From positions 1,530,517-1,594,516 of the forward strand of contig NW_003314291.1 of NCBI RefSeq assembly GCF_000143415.4: 64,000 nucleotides of DNA, given 5' to 3'. Below the pieces are notes generated by a model. It did not search any database. It was not told the origin of the DNA and saw nothing but the letters and a program-made list of their open reading frames with translations. Positions 12,229 through 23,981 of the stretch are shown piece by piece (position 1 is the stretch's first letter; every line of letters starts with the position of its first letter). Source of the DNA: Selaginella moellendorffii. Lineage: Eukaryota; Plantae; Lycopodiophyta. The translations under genes were made by a program, and so were the position numbers.

Positions 12229-15200
12229 ATGGCAAAGGCAGTGCAGAAGCGAACCAAGGCGAAGACGGAACCTCCTCCAGAGCTGGAGCCTCCAGTCAAA
12301 CGAGAGGCTATGGATGAGGAATCCTTGCATGAGAAGGACTTCAATGAGGAAACTTCCAAACAGGAGTCCGGTGGCAAGGTTCGGTCGTCCAAGGCTCGAT
12401 TGGACGTTCTAGAAGGACAGTTGGCACAAACCAATGCCCTGCTGGAGACTCTCGTACGCAAGCTAAAGCGTGACGAGAAGCGGAAGAAAAAGCGAAAGAC
12501 TGCGGATGCTGGCAGCACAGAAAGTGCGGACCCTTCGGTAGGGACTGAGGCAGAACCAAACAAGGTCGAACAGACCGAAGTGGAATCAGTCCCTCAAGCA
12601 GTTCCCAAGTACAAACCAAAGCCCCCACCGGTCTTCAAGGGAGTGAATGACTATAAGGTGGTGGAGGATTGGTTTTACGATATGGAGGACTACTTCTGAG
12701 CGTTGTGATTACCGAGCTCGGAGAAGGTCCCATGTGCAAAACCATACTTGGCAAATAATGCCAAATCTTGGTGGAGAATGACGGAGGCCAATGAAGGACC
12801 GGTGGCCACTTGGGACATGATGAAGGTGAGGATCCGCACAACTTACATTCCTCCGAATGCTACTCTGCATCTAAGAGACGAGCTGATTAGGCTGAAGCAG
12901 ACCAGAACCATTCAGAAGTATGTGAATGGGTTTATGGCAAAGAGGATATTTGTCACAGACATGGGGGATATGGATGTGTTCCATGCCTTCATATCAAGTT
13001 TACAAACCTAGGCTTGCAGTGAGATGATGCGCTGGAACCCGACCAACTACAAGGAAGCGTTGGATGCGGCCATCAAGGTGCATTTCAACGATAACCTGCG
13101 AAAAGGGAACGCGACAGGGTTGGGGTCCACATTTAGCAAAGGGGGCAAACCAAGGGGAATGTATAACAAAGGGAAATTCAAGAAGAGTTTCTCTAAGAAT
13201 GAGTCCTCGGGGTTCCGGAAAGGCAAATCCGGTGGTCAGCGAGCGAGTACGTGGGGGAGTCAAGCAAAAAGAGACAAACCCACGGATAAGAAGGCCAAGT
13301 CGTTTAACAGCATGGGAAACAACGTATGCTACAACTGTGGTGAAGCGGGACACTTTTCGAGGGAATGTCCCTACCCGAAGAAGGCCAGAGCCAATATGGC
13401 CATTAAGTCGGGTGAAATCTAAACTGAGGTATGTGATCCAGTCCCTAGCTCAAAGTTACTCATTACACGAGCAACTTTGGTAGAGAGTCGTTCGCGACAT
13501 CTACTAACCCTCCAAGGGAAGCTCGGGGGTAGCTTTGTTAAGATTCTTATTGACACGAGTGCTTTGGATAAAATTGTGGCTGCAAACATAGTCCGGCAAG
13601 CCGGACTAATGGTGTAGCGGCTGGGCAAACTGAGGACTATAGAGTTTGTTCAAGGTAGCCAAAGCACCGATGAGGTACTTCAACAAACAAGAGTCGAAGT
13701 AGGGACTTAGAAAGTAGACATGGATTTCACCGTGTTGGACATGGCGGGATTTAACGTGATCTTCGGGATGGATTGGTTCAATCGGTTCATGGTAGCCCTG
13801 CATGGACAAGGTAGGAACTTTGTGGTGCTAGCGAATGCCCAAGGAAGAAGATCTAGGGTGGAGGCCCAAGATCTAAAGGTAGGGCAATGCAAGGCCAAAA
13901 ATTCGTGCCTAAACTTGGTGTCCACGAGGGGACAACTCACTAAAAGGACCAAAGTTGCATTTTTGTGCTTACTCTCGGTGAGGAGTGACAAAAAGACAGG
14001 AACGAAAGAAGTACCTTTAGTGATCCAGCGGGTGTTGGACCAATTCCAGGATACCATGCCAGAGGAGCTACCAGCGGGGTTGCCCCCTGCACGACCGATA
14101 GAACATAAGATTGAGCTGGTCGAGGGTGCTGAGGTGGTGGTTCGTCCCCCCTATCATTTGAACGAAAAAGAACTCGCGGAGCTCAAGTGCCAACTAGAGG
14201 AGTTGGTGGACAAAGGGTATGTTAGGTTGAGCAAGTCGCCGTATGGGGCGCTGGTTCTATTTGTGAAAAAAAAATATGGATCTATGCGCATGTGCATAGA
14301 CTACCGGTTGCTCAACAAATATACAAAGAAGAACAAGTACCCTTTGCCAAGGATTGAGGACCTGTTCGATAGATTAGGAAAGGAAAAATACTTTTCAAGG
14401 ATTGACCTAAGTTTAGGATACTACCAGATCAAGATAGCAGAGGAAGATGTCGAGAAGACAACTTGTCGAATGAGGTATGGGAGCTTCGAGTTTCTTGTAA
14501 TGCCCTTCGGGCTATGCAATGCGCCGGCAACGTTTTCGGCGTTGATGAACCATATCTTTGTACCCTATTGGGATCACTTTGTGGTCGTCTATATTGACGA
14601 CATCCTGATCTATAGCAAAACACTAGAGGAGCATGCCAAACACTTGACGAAGGTGTTTGAGAAACTAAGGGAACACCAGCTGTATGCTAAAGAGAGCAAA
14701 TGTGACTTTGCTCAGCAAGAGGTAAAATTTCACGGGCATGAGGTGGGCAAGGACGGGCTCAAGGTGGACCCTGAGAAGGTCCAAGCGATCCAAGATTGGG
14801 AGCGACCATCGAATGTACACGAGTTAAGGGCATTCTTGGGGCTATGTAACTACTATCGAAAGTTTATCAGACACTATTTGAGAGTAGCCCTACCCTTAAC
14901 GGACCAAACGGGAAAAGAGAAGATGGTATGGACAGCGAAAGGCAAGGCAGCATTCGTTCACCTCAAGGGGAAGTTGAAAAAGGCTCCCGTGTTGGCGTTA
15001 CCAAACTTTGGTAAGGACTTTGAGGTAAAAACGGATGCTTCAGACTTTGCGTTGGGCGCAGTTTTGAAGCAAGACAACCATCCAGTAGCGTTCTTCTTGA
15101 AGAAGTTGGACAAGGCTCAACAGAAGTGGCCTACCCATGAGAAGGAATTGTTTGCTGTAGTCAAGGCGCTCAAGGAGTGGCGACACTACCTTGGGAGACA

Positions 15201-16954
15201 CTTCAAGGTTTACATGGACAATGTGGCAACAAAACACTTCTTGTCACAGCCCAACCTGAGGGGAAAATAAGATCGGTGGGCCAATGCTTTGGCCGAGTTT
15301 GATTGCGAGATTCTGTACAAGCCTAGGAAGAGGAACATCGTGGCAGATGCGCTAAGTCAAAAAGCAAGCTTGAAGTTGGCGATATCCAGCGCGACAACAA
15401 CCTTTTGGGATGATGTGCAGACCACATACGAGAACGATGGTCTAGCACAAGAAGTGTTGCTGAGGAATCTAGAGGCATGTGAAGCTCACCAGAGAGGTGA
15501 GCTACCAACGAAAGAGAAAACAGGCTATGCGGAACGCAACAGACTTATATATTACAAGCAAACAAGGGTGTATGTTCCAGAAGGGGAACTAAGGAAGGTA
15601 GTCTTAGAAGAGTGTCATGACGGACCTTTTGCGGGACACGGCGGAGTGCCCAAGACGATGGGCTTACTCAAGAGGAAGTACCATTGGCCAGATATGGCTA
15701 AGGACGTCCAAGACTATGTAAAGACATGTCCAACATGTTAGCAGGTCAAAGCTGTGACTAAGGCTAGTGGGGGCTTGTTACAAAGCATCCCAATTCCAGA
15801 TCGTCCGTGGAAATGTCTTACGATGGACTTCATCACGGGACTCCCTCCAAGCGAGGGGTTCAATGTGATATTCGTGGTGGTGGATCGATTTTCGAAGATG
15901 GCACATTTCATACCCACCATAACGGAAATGGATGCGGAAGGTGTGGCAAAGTTATTCTTCGAACAAGTGATTCGAGTGCAGGGAAGGCCAAAAGAGATTA
16001 TTTCAGATCGAGATAAGATCTTCACCAATAGGTTCTGGAGAACACTCCTAGAACAATATCGCACCAAATTGAAATTCAGCACAGCCTATCACCCACAAAC
16101 AGATAATGGGTATTAAGTCAAATTTGATGGCACTAACACTTCTTGACAGACAAACAAACGGAAAGGGTGAATAGGCAGCTGGAGGATTATTTGCGATGCT
16201 ATGTCTCGGGAGACCAGACCGATTGGGTAAGTCATTTGGGACTTGCGGAAATGTGTTATAACAACTCACCACATTCGAGCATCGGGGTGAGTCCATAGGA
16301 AGTCATCAATGGGCGAGCTATTGAAGGTCCTGTGGCCGAGTATCATGGAGAGTTACCCGCAGTGGAGGCATTCGCGGCAGAAAGACTCAACATTTGGAAT
16401 CTAGTGAGGGATTCCTTGGAACGGGCTCAACAAAGGCAAACCAAGTACGCGAACCAGAAGCGTCAGAATGTAGAGTTCCAAGTTGGGGAGAAGGTGTGGC
16501 TGAACACCAAGAACCTCAGGCTATCAAGTGGGATCAGCCGGAAGTTGACCCAAAGGTAAAAAAGCATGTATTCCTGTAAATGAATTGATCTTAAGTTCCT
16601 TAAGCAGATTCGTGGGGCCATTTGAGATTGAGGCTCGAATCGGTAAAGTGGCTTACTGTCTCTGACTTCCTCGAAAGATGGGGAAGATGCACCCCATGTT
16701 CCACGTGAACTTACTCAAGCCGTATTTTGAGGATCTGCTTCGCAAGGACCAAGTAAGGCCTTTACCTGAGGTTATCCAAGGGGAAGAAGAATACGAAGTT
16801 GAGGCCATCCTCAATGCGTGCAAGACCAAGCGACAAGGACGCGAGATGAGAGAGTTCCATGTGAAGTGAAAAGGATTTCCACACTGCGAAGCAACATGGG
16901 AACCGAAGGAGAACCTAGCGAACGCGCGAGGTCTAGTGGAGGAATTTCTGCAAG
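12229..16954 (+). pseudogene. gag-pol of family A copy 1; integrase interrupted by introns at 16103-16149 and 16556-16607
   Basis: In-frame ORF pieces from 12229 to about 16100, separated by C>T-type stops. Frame is restored across the two insertions only if they are spliced. Confidence 0.9.
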
Positions 16955-19659
16955 GCAGAACTCTATGTACTTATACAAAGTTCAATTAAAGTATTAATTT
17001 GTGAAGTTGAGCAATAGCATATGTTGGGACCCAAAGGCGCGCCGAAGGTAAGCTAATTAGCATGGGTTAGCTAGGTCGACCAGGCATAGGGAACTACGCC
17101 CGACTCCCTGCGGGGATGTCAAATCCGTAGACGTATTCTACGGAGGTTGGGTTCGAGTCCCAACCCCTTAGTAAAGCAAGGCTGGGTTCAAGTCCCGACC
17201 CCATACTAGGGCGTGGTGAGGTGAGAAGTATAGGGACACCTATATTCCGTTGTCATGGGCTCTTGGCCGGGGAGGCTAACTTAGGCACACCGCTAAGTGG
17301 GGGGATGCCCCCCGAGACATGGTCAATAAGTCATAGGATAAAAAAGAGACATTCGATGTGGGTATTGAACTTCTTCTATGGGTGGTGGAGTTGTAAGGAA
17401 CCAACTCGCCAAGGTGTCATAGGCTAAAGGATCCTCGAAAGCATGACCAAAATGACAAAGAGTTCAATGGATGGGACCAAGTCGAACATCGAGTCCAAGA
17501 CCAACTCTAAGACTGAGTTCGAGATAGAGTCCGGGATCGAGTCCAAGGCCAAATCGGAGACCGAGTTCAAGACCGAGTTTGAGACCAAGTTTGAGATAGA
17601 GTCCGAGATCCAAATCGGGTCCAAGACCGAGTCCGAGGTGGAGTCTGAGATCGGGTCCGAGATCGAGTCTAAGATCAAGTCCAAGACCAAGTCCGAGTAC
17701 TAATACAGGTCAAGGGGTGAAAGCCCAAAGCGTGCCTCTCACAAGAGGGGGGGGGGGCTGCAGGGGGTTCCAAAAGTATAGTAGGGATAGTGAGGTCTAG
17801 GAACCAGTCTTAAAGGAACTCTCCAGTGGTGTTTCCAAACTGACTTGAGGTTGAGACTGGGGCTGAGGGGCCTTGGGTGGGAGTGAGCAGGGACTTGGGT
17901 GGTGCCAGAGGGGCCACCCCAAGAAGTGCTCAAGAGCAGCTCCCACTCCCGAAAGGGAAACCAACTGCAGTGCTCCCGGCTCATGTGAAGTGGTGCCCCA
18001 CTTGAGTACCATGTGGCTCATTGGTCTTTGCCCTTCATAGGGGCTTGGGCCTTCCTTCGGGTAGAGATATCCATACCGGGTTGTTAGGCCACGGTATTTC
18101 GCCCCAACGTCCCAAGGCAAGTGTTGCACCCAAGACTTGGGATTGAGAAGGTCCCATGATCAAGTCTTGTGGTACCAAGGGGTGTTAGGAACCTGGAGGC
18201 TTGGTGTGCTTGGCTACTTGTGCCTACGGGGAGTGTAGCTGAACCTTAAGTCCAATCTAACTTGGGGAGGGGGATTGAGAGAGATTTGGGAATCCGTGGA
18301 TGGATGGTTAACGCTCCGTTGCTCGTGCGTGAGTAACTGAAACCAAATAAGCCCAAGTAGGAGCTGGTACCATAGGCGGGAACCTTGGCGAGGGAACTTA
18401 GCTAAAGCCAAGGCAATATTGGATGGGTAGATGAGGTAAGCTGGCAAATTGGAAAGGAAAAATTTGTGGCTTACAGCTAAATGACGTCTAACGAAAAGTG
18501 GAAGAGGTGACGTCTTATAATGTTATGCTAAGCGAAGAACATCATCAAAGGTGGTTGAAACAAGTGCATACATAACAAAATTTTGATGAAGTGCTAGCCA
18601 CAACATTCTTAGCTTGATATACTTCGACATATTTGGCTCTGCATGAAGCAAGAGGCTTTGGAAACAAATGCCAAATTGCATCACAGACTCAAATGGCACT
18701 TAACAAAGACAATGCAATTGTAGGAAGGCATCATCACAATCGTCGGCATGTCTGAATGCATGTTTGAAGACATTTGAGAGAACACTCCAATCCCCATAAG
18801 TGGTTGCACTCAAACCATTATACTACTATAACGCTATGCTTTGGAGACATGTGGGAAACTTACGCAAATGTCGAACACCATCCCAAAAATGATATGTGGC
18901 AGTCACCATAAAGTGATCGAATCAATGATACATATCATCCCTAGGATTCCCGCGAAAGAACTCCAGCCAAACGTGAGGATTGGCACAAAGAGCAGAAGGA
19001 GTTGTACCATGTGCTGTGAATGTTGCCATCAATTGAGTTTAGTTATTCAATTGCAATTGTATAACATCAAACGATTGCACCAATTGCTACTTTAGAGTCA
19101 AAGGAGGAGGAGATTGTTGATTTACCATGAAGATGAATGAAAATGAAAGAGCAAAAGAAGAGAAATGAAAAAAACTAAAAGGAAATGGAGATCTAGACAT
19201 TGCAAAAGCTAAATCTAAACCAAAATCCTGAAAGGAAAGAATAAAAGAAAAGAAATATAAAAAATTAAATCTAGACAATGTAAAAGTTAAATCTAAACTA
19301 AAATCATAAATCCAAACACTCCTTAGGGATAATCAAAGGTGCCCTTCACCTCCATCAATGTGAATGCATGGAATATAAAAGGGAAATACAAAAAATGTGC
19401 ACATCAATTAGCCCAAAAACCTTAGCTTATATACAAGAGCGAGTAATCCAGATTGAAATCAATCCAATGGCTACCAAAATCCCACTATGCTAATATTAGT
19501 ATACAACATTGTAGCCGTACACTTGGACCTCACAAATTTAAGTTTTAATATATATTTAGTAAATATATATATTATAATTTTAAATATTTTATTATTGTAT
19601 TTATTTTTCTAGATTCATTAAAGCAACTTTTTTCAGTTTCTTTAAAATGTATTTGAGAT

Positions 19660-20340
19660 TTTATTTAACACTCCTCATTATTCATCAGATTTTTATATAA
19701 TAGTTTTGTAAAAAGTGTTATATATAATGAATAATAATTTAATTATCAATATCTTTATCTTTATATAAATTTTATAACTGTCACAATATAACAATCACTA
19801 AAAGAAGAATACACACACTTGCATATGGTGTTAAATCTACAGTTATACATTAGTAACTTAATGGTCACCTATGTATGGGTAACATATATACAAAATTGTT
19901 AAGATAAAAATGTTTTTTTTTGTTAAAAATAATATCTAATTTTTTAAGTTTATAAATAAATAATAATTTTAATCTTTTATTACAAGAATTGTGATTGACA
20001 AAAAAATGATAAGATGTCAATTTATAACATTTTCAATTCCTTCTTTATATATTTAAAATTATATTTAACACTTTTCATTATTCATCAAATCTTGATATTA
20101 AATTTTTCTAAAAGGTATATATATATAATGAATAATAATTCTATATAAATTTTATAATTGTTACAATATAATAGTCACTAAAGGGAGAATACACATACCT
20201 GGTGATAGATCTACTAATAGTAACCTAATGTTCATTTATTTATTTACAGATTAGAAATAAACTTCTAGAATGAAAATATTGTTTACTTTTGGCTAAAAAT
20301 GATGTTTAAATCTTTAAGTTTATAGATAAATAAATAGTTG
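19660..20340. repeat. Degenerate AT-rich tandem duplication (units about 19660-19980 and 20060-20340)
   Basis: Shared TTTAACACT..TCATTATTCATCA..., TATATAATGAATAATAATT and CACTAAA..AGAATACACA blocks. Confidence 0.7.
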
Positions 20341-20879
20341 TTAATTTGCTAATTAGCTTTCTATAATTCAAATGGTGCAAGTGTACTGATCTGCACAACC
20401 AAGACAAAGCAAGGGATTGATGCATTCTTCCAAGTAGTGGCTAAGACAGATATTAAGAGATAGTTCTTACGTAGGGATAGTTAATTCCATCTTGACCTCA
20501 AAAGAGAATTTACATTCTTCTCGTACGGAGATGATTCGGAGCTTGAGCTTGACATGAATTACTTATTCTTTTTACATGAGAATGCAGATTACCTCGTAGA
20601 AACTAGCGAATCCATATAGCACTACTTATTTTCTTAGCATTTTCATTCATTTTAACCTGTAATTTGGGAATTAAACTTATGATATTTATCCACAAGATCC
20701 AGAGGGAAGCTTACCTGGGAAGCCTGACCCATGCCTCGGTCTTCACAATATCACCGTCATGGTGTTTCAAGCGCAAGCCACTCTCTCAAACAAAAGCTTG
20801 GCGCCCAGACAGCACAAATACCGCTACTGCGACATTCCAGGATACCACATCTTTGTCTGTCAAATTTTCAGTATGCTGA

Positions 20880-21420
20880 CATCAAAGAGTTCTACGAGAT
20901 TCTATATCACTGCATATGCCGAACGAGGGCATGTATGCGAAGCAAAGTGCTTGTTTGACACTGTAGAAGTTCTAAAGGAACTGCATGATCAGAGCGTACA
21001 GGCAAAATGGACACTTGGACGATGCTTGGGCATTGTTTCGATGCTGTTTATAGCCAAACATCATGAGTAGGAACATTCTTATTGTATCGTTTGCCCAGAA
21101 CCTACTGTGTCCATTCAGCTCTTTAAAGTCTTGAATCTCAAGAGTTTCATGGCCTTTTGATGGCTTGCTGCCACCTTGGGCTGGTAATCCCTGCTAGAGA
21201 CACTTTGGCTCCAATGGTTTCTGACTATGATCTAAGTCCCAAGTGAGATCACTATGCTGCTTGATGGGTGTTTTTGTGGGCTCTTGGATGATGCCGAGCA
21301 GATCATAAGTATAATGCTATTTGTTTCCAACTGGGGATGCTTCGTGAGTGCCTGTAAGATCCACACTGTTGAAGTTGAAAGGAGTGTTAGTGTTGCTCAC
21401 AATTCCATCGTGCTAAATAT
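20880..21420 (+). pseudogene. PLS-class PPR gene fragment; partial repeat at about 22998-23110
   Basis: ITAYAERGHV..AKCLFD and GLLDDAEQII...NWGCFVSACKIH..VER motifs, frameshifted. Confidence 0.75.
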
Positions 21421-21489
21421 TATTCTGTTTTTATTATTTTTTATAATAGAGATTCCTAGTTCATCTAACTCTTCTCACCTTATAGATAT

Positions 21490-22380
21490 ATCATGAGAAC
21501 CATAAATGATGACATCCTCAAGCTACAAAATCTGGAAAGTTTTCTGAAGGCACAAAGTTTTCCTACCTTCACATCAATATCTCTTGGGGTGTTAAAGCAC
21601 TAACAAATGTTATTCATATCTTTCTTGAATTTATCTTTCCTCACCATGTGGATATTGAAATCTGTGCCACCAACTTAATTCACTACATTTAAAAGTAACA
21701 ATGTGATTTCTAAAGTCAATAATTGCCCAATCTTTTCTAAGAAATATAGTCTCAGAAGAGTTTTTCATAGCACCAAATGTTCTCCTCTCTAAAAACTTTC
21801 CAAATTTCCAATTTATAAGGTAAATCTTCAATTACATACCCTTCTTTCAGCTGATCATTTGCATTTAGCCTCATTGCACTTGTGATTGTGAACTGTAGAG
21901 AGCTTAAATTTTTTTACTAGATCAAGTGATATGCCTGATGTTTGACAACTATTATCTATTTCAATTGTGATTTTGTAGTCATTAATTCCCCTAGGGTAAC
22001 ATACATCATAAAGTATTATATATATGCTGATTGATTTTTCCTAACCAAGATAAATTAGTGAGATAGTATACAATATTATCCATGTCAAAAATTATTTTAC
22101 TTTAATTTCGGTTGCAATCCAATTCTAGGTAGTGTTAGTGTATCCAAGGTGAACTTAATACTATATCATGACTTGAAATGAGTAACAACTTAGTCAGAAT
22201 CTCTTTAAGTTCACAACTCTGTATTGTGAATTTAAAATCCTTAATGTTCCCATGTCTATATTTAGTTAGTAAAATCCCTTTTTTTTGTTGTTTACCAAAT
22301 TCCTTGGAAAGTCCTGTTAAAATTTTTTTAGATTTGCATAGTGTTAACTTTCCCTTGTATTCTTTGACATAAATATTCTC
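21490..22380 (-). pseudogene. AT-rich decayed ORF with two tandem retropepsin-like segments; copies at about 23165-23700 (-) and 31070-31680 (+)
   Basis: FKFTIQ..SSHDIVLSSPWI.HYLELDC, then GRINQHIFNTLYD and TIFLGEDWLHKHVA.IDFRNHIVTF, read across the three copies. Confidence 0.5.
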
Positions 22381-23981
22381 AAGGAGCTAAAAAAGGATCA
22401 ATATAAAAGGGTTTATCAACTTAAATTACAAGAAGAGTTACTAGCTTTTTGGATACCTGATTTAAAAGAACGATTGAAGATTGACAGAAATATTCTCAAG
22501 GAGCTTAAGAAAGGATCAATATAAAAGGGTTATCAACTTTATAAATTGCAGGAAGAGTTACTAGCTTTTTGGAAGATGGTTCTCAAGGAATCTATGGGTG
22601 GTGCCAGGCTTTAGAATTTACTCTTCCTTTACCAGATTCGGTCTTTTGTATGGCTGCATGAATTTGCGGAAGATGTCATCAAGGGAGCAGCCAAGCTCTA
22701 GCCATGCTTTCGTTGCATCGTTGCTTGCTAGAATGACAAGCATCTTGTCTGTAGCAAAAGGAGACTTGGCAAACACAATTAAAATGGGATTAAATCGAAA
22801 CTTTGTACTATGAAGCCATTCCAGTCGCTTGGACACTCGCGTGGTCAAAATGGTGAAAGTGAAGAGCGTGTCTCCTGATAGAGCACATAAGCACACCCAT
22901 GAGTTTGACAAAAATTTCATTACCTTCAGCATCTTGCCAAGAGTCGTATAGGTAGGCAAATACAAGAGGGCGCTTGTCCTGTAACTGGATATACACACTT
23001 GGATGATGCTGAGGAGATCATAAGTATAGTGCTATTTGTTTCCAACTGGGGATGCTTCATGAGTGCCTGTATGATCCGCTCTGTTGAAGTTGAAAGGAGT
23101 GTTAGTGTTCTATCGTGATAAATATTATTCTGTTTTTATTATTTATTTATAATGGAGATTCCTATATACCATGTGGATATTGAAATCTGTGCCACCAACT
23201 TAATTCACTACATTTAAAAGTAACAATGTGATTCCTCAAGTTAATAATTGCCACATTCTTATGAAGCCAATCTTCCCTAAGAACTAAAAACTTTCCAAAA
23301 CTCATATAAATTTTCAATTCCATACCTTCTTTCAGCTGATCATTTGCATTTGGCCTCATTACACTGAGTTGTAGGGAGGTTAAGTTTGCTTACTAGATCA
23401 AGTGATATGCCTAACATTTGACAACCATTATCTATGATTTTGTAGTCATCAATTCTCCTATCATAAAGGGTATTACATAGATGCTGATTGATCCTTCCTA
23501 ACCTTCTTGACCAAGATAAATTAGTGAGAAAGTATACAATATTATTCATGTCAAAGATTATTTTACTTTTACTTCCATTGCAATCCAATCTAGGCAGTGT
23601 TGCTGCATCCAGGGTGAATTTAATACTATATCATGACTTGAAATGAGGGACCAACTTAATCAGAGTCTCTTTAAATTCATAATCCTGTATTGTGAATAAT
23701 TCACAATAATTCACAATCCCAAAAAAAACTTCAATCGTTCTTAAGTAGGCTGATAAACTTTTTTATATTGATCCTTTTTAACCTCCTTGAGAATATTCTG
23801 TCAAAGAATGCATGAAGAACAAGGGAAAGTTAACACTAGGGCCTCAACACAAGTTGATAATTTTTAACAAAACTTTTAAAAGCCTTAAAAATAAAATTCT
23901 AATTATTTCTAAAACATTAGAAACATTTATAAACTCAAATCTATCTTAAATCAAATAAATCTCTTTTGTTTGTTTGATTAA

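Larger units (their letters stand above)
11046..18475 (+). mobile_element. Full-length Ty3/gypsy chromovirus, family A, copy 1 (inactivated by stop codons)
   Basis: LTRs 11046-12169 and 17392-18475, TSD GCTAA on both sides, PBS-Met TGGTATCAGAGCC at 12173-12185, PPT before 17392. Gag with CX2CX4HX4C, PR (LIDTSA), RT (YIDD), RNase H, integrase and chromodomain (YEVEAIL...ATWEP). Confidence 0.96.

Noticed and set aside
12690-16900. Stop codons as read-through or U-to-C editing sites
   Set aside because: Most stops differ between the two copies and fit methyl-C deamination (CAA/CAG/CGA/TGG to stop).
17145-17200. tRNA genes or a hammerhead ribozyme
   Set aside because: Only T-arm-like hairpins are present, with no D arm, anticodon or acceptor cloverleaf. 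No CTGANGA/GAAA core was seen.
18481-19400. Possible continuation of the decayed gypsy host beyond family A copy 1
   Set aside because: Too degenerate to confirm motifs or an LTR by eye.
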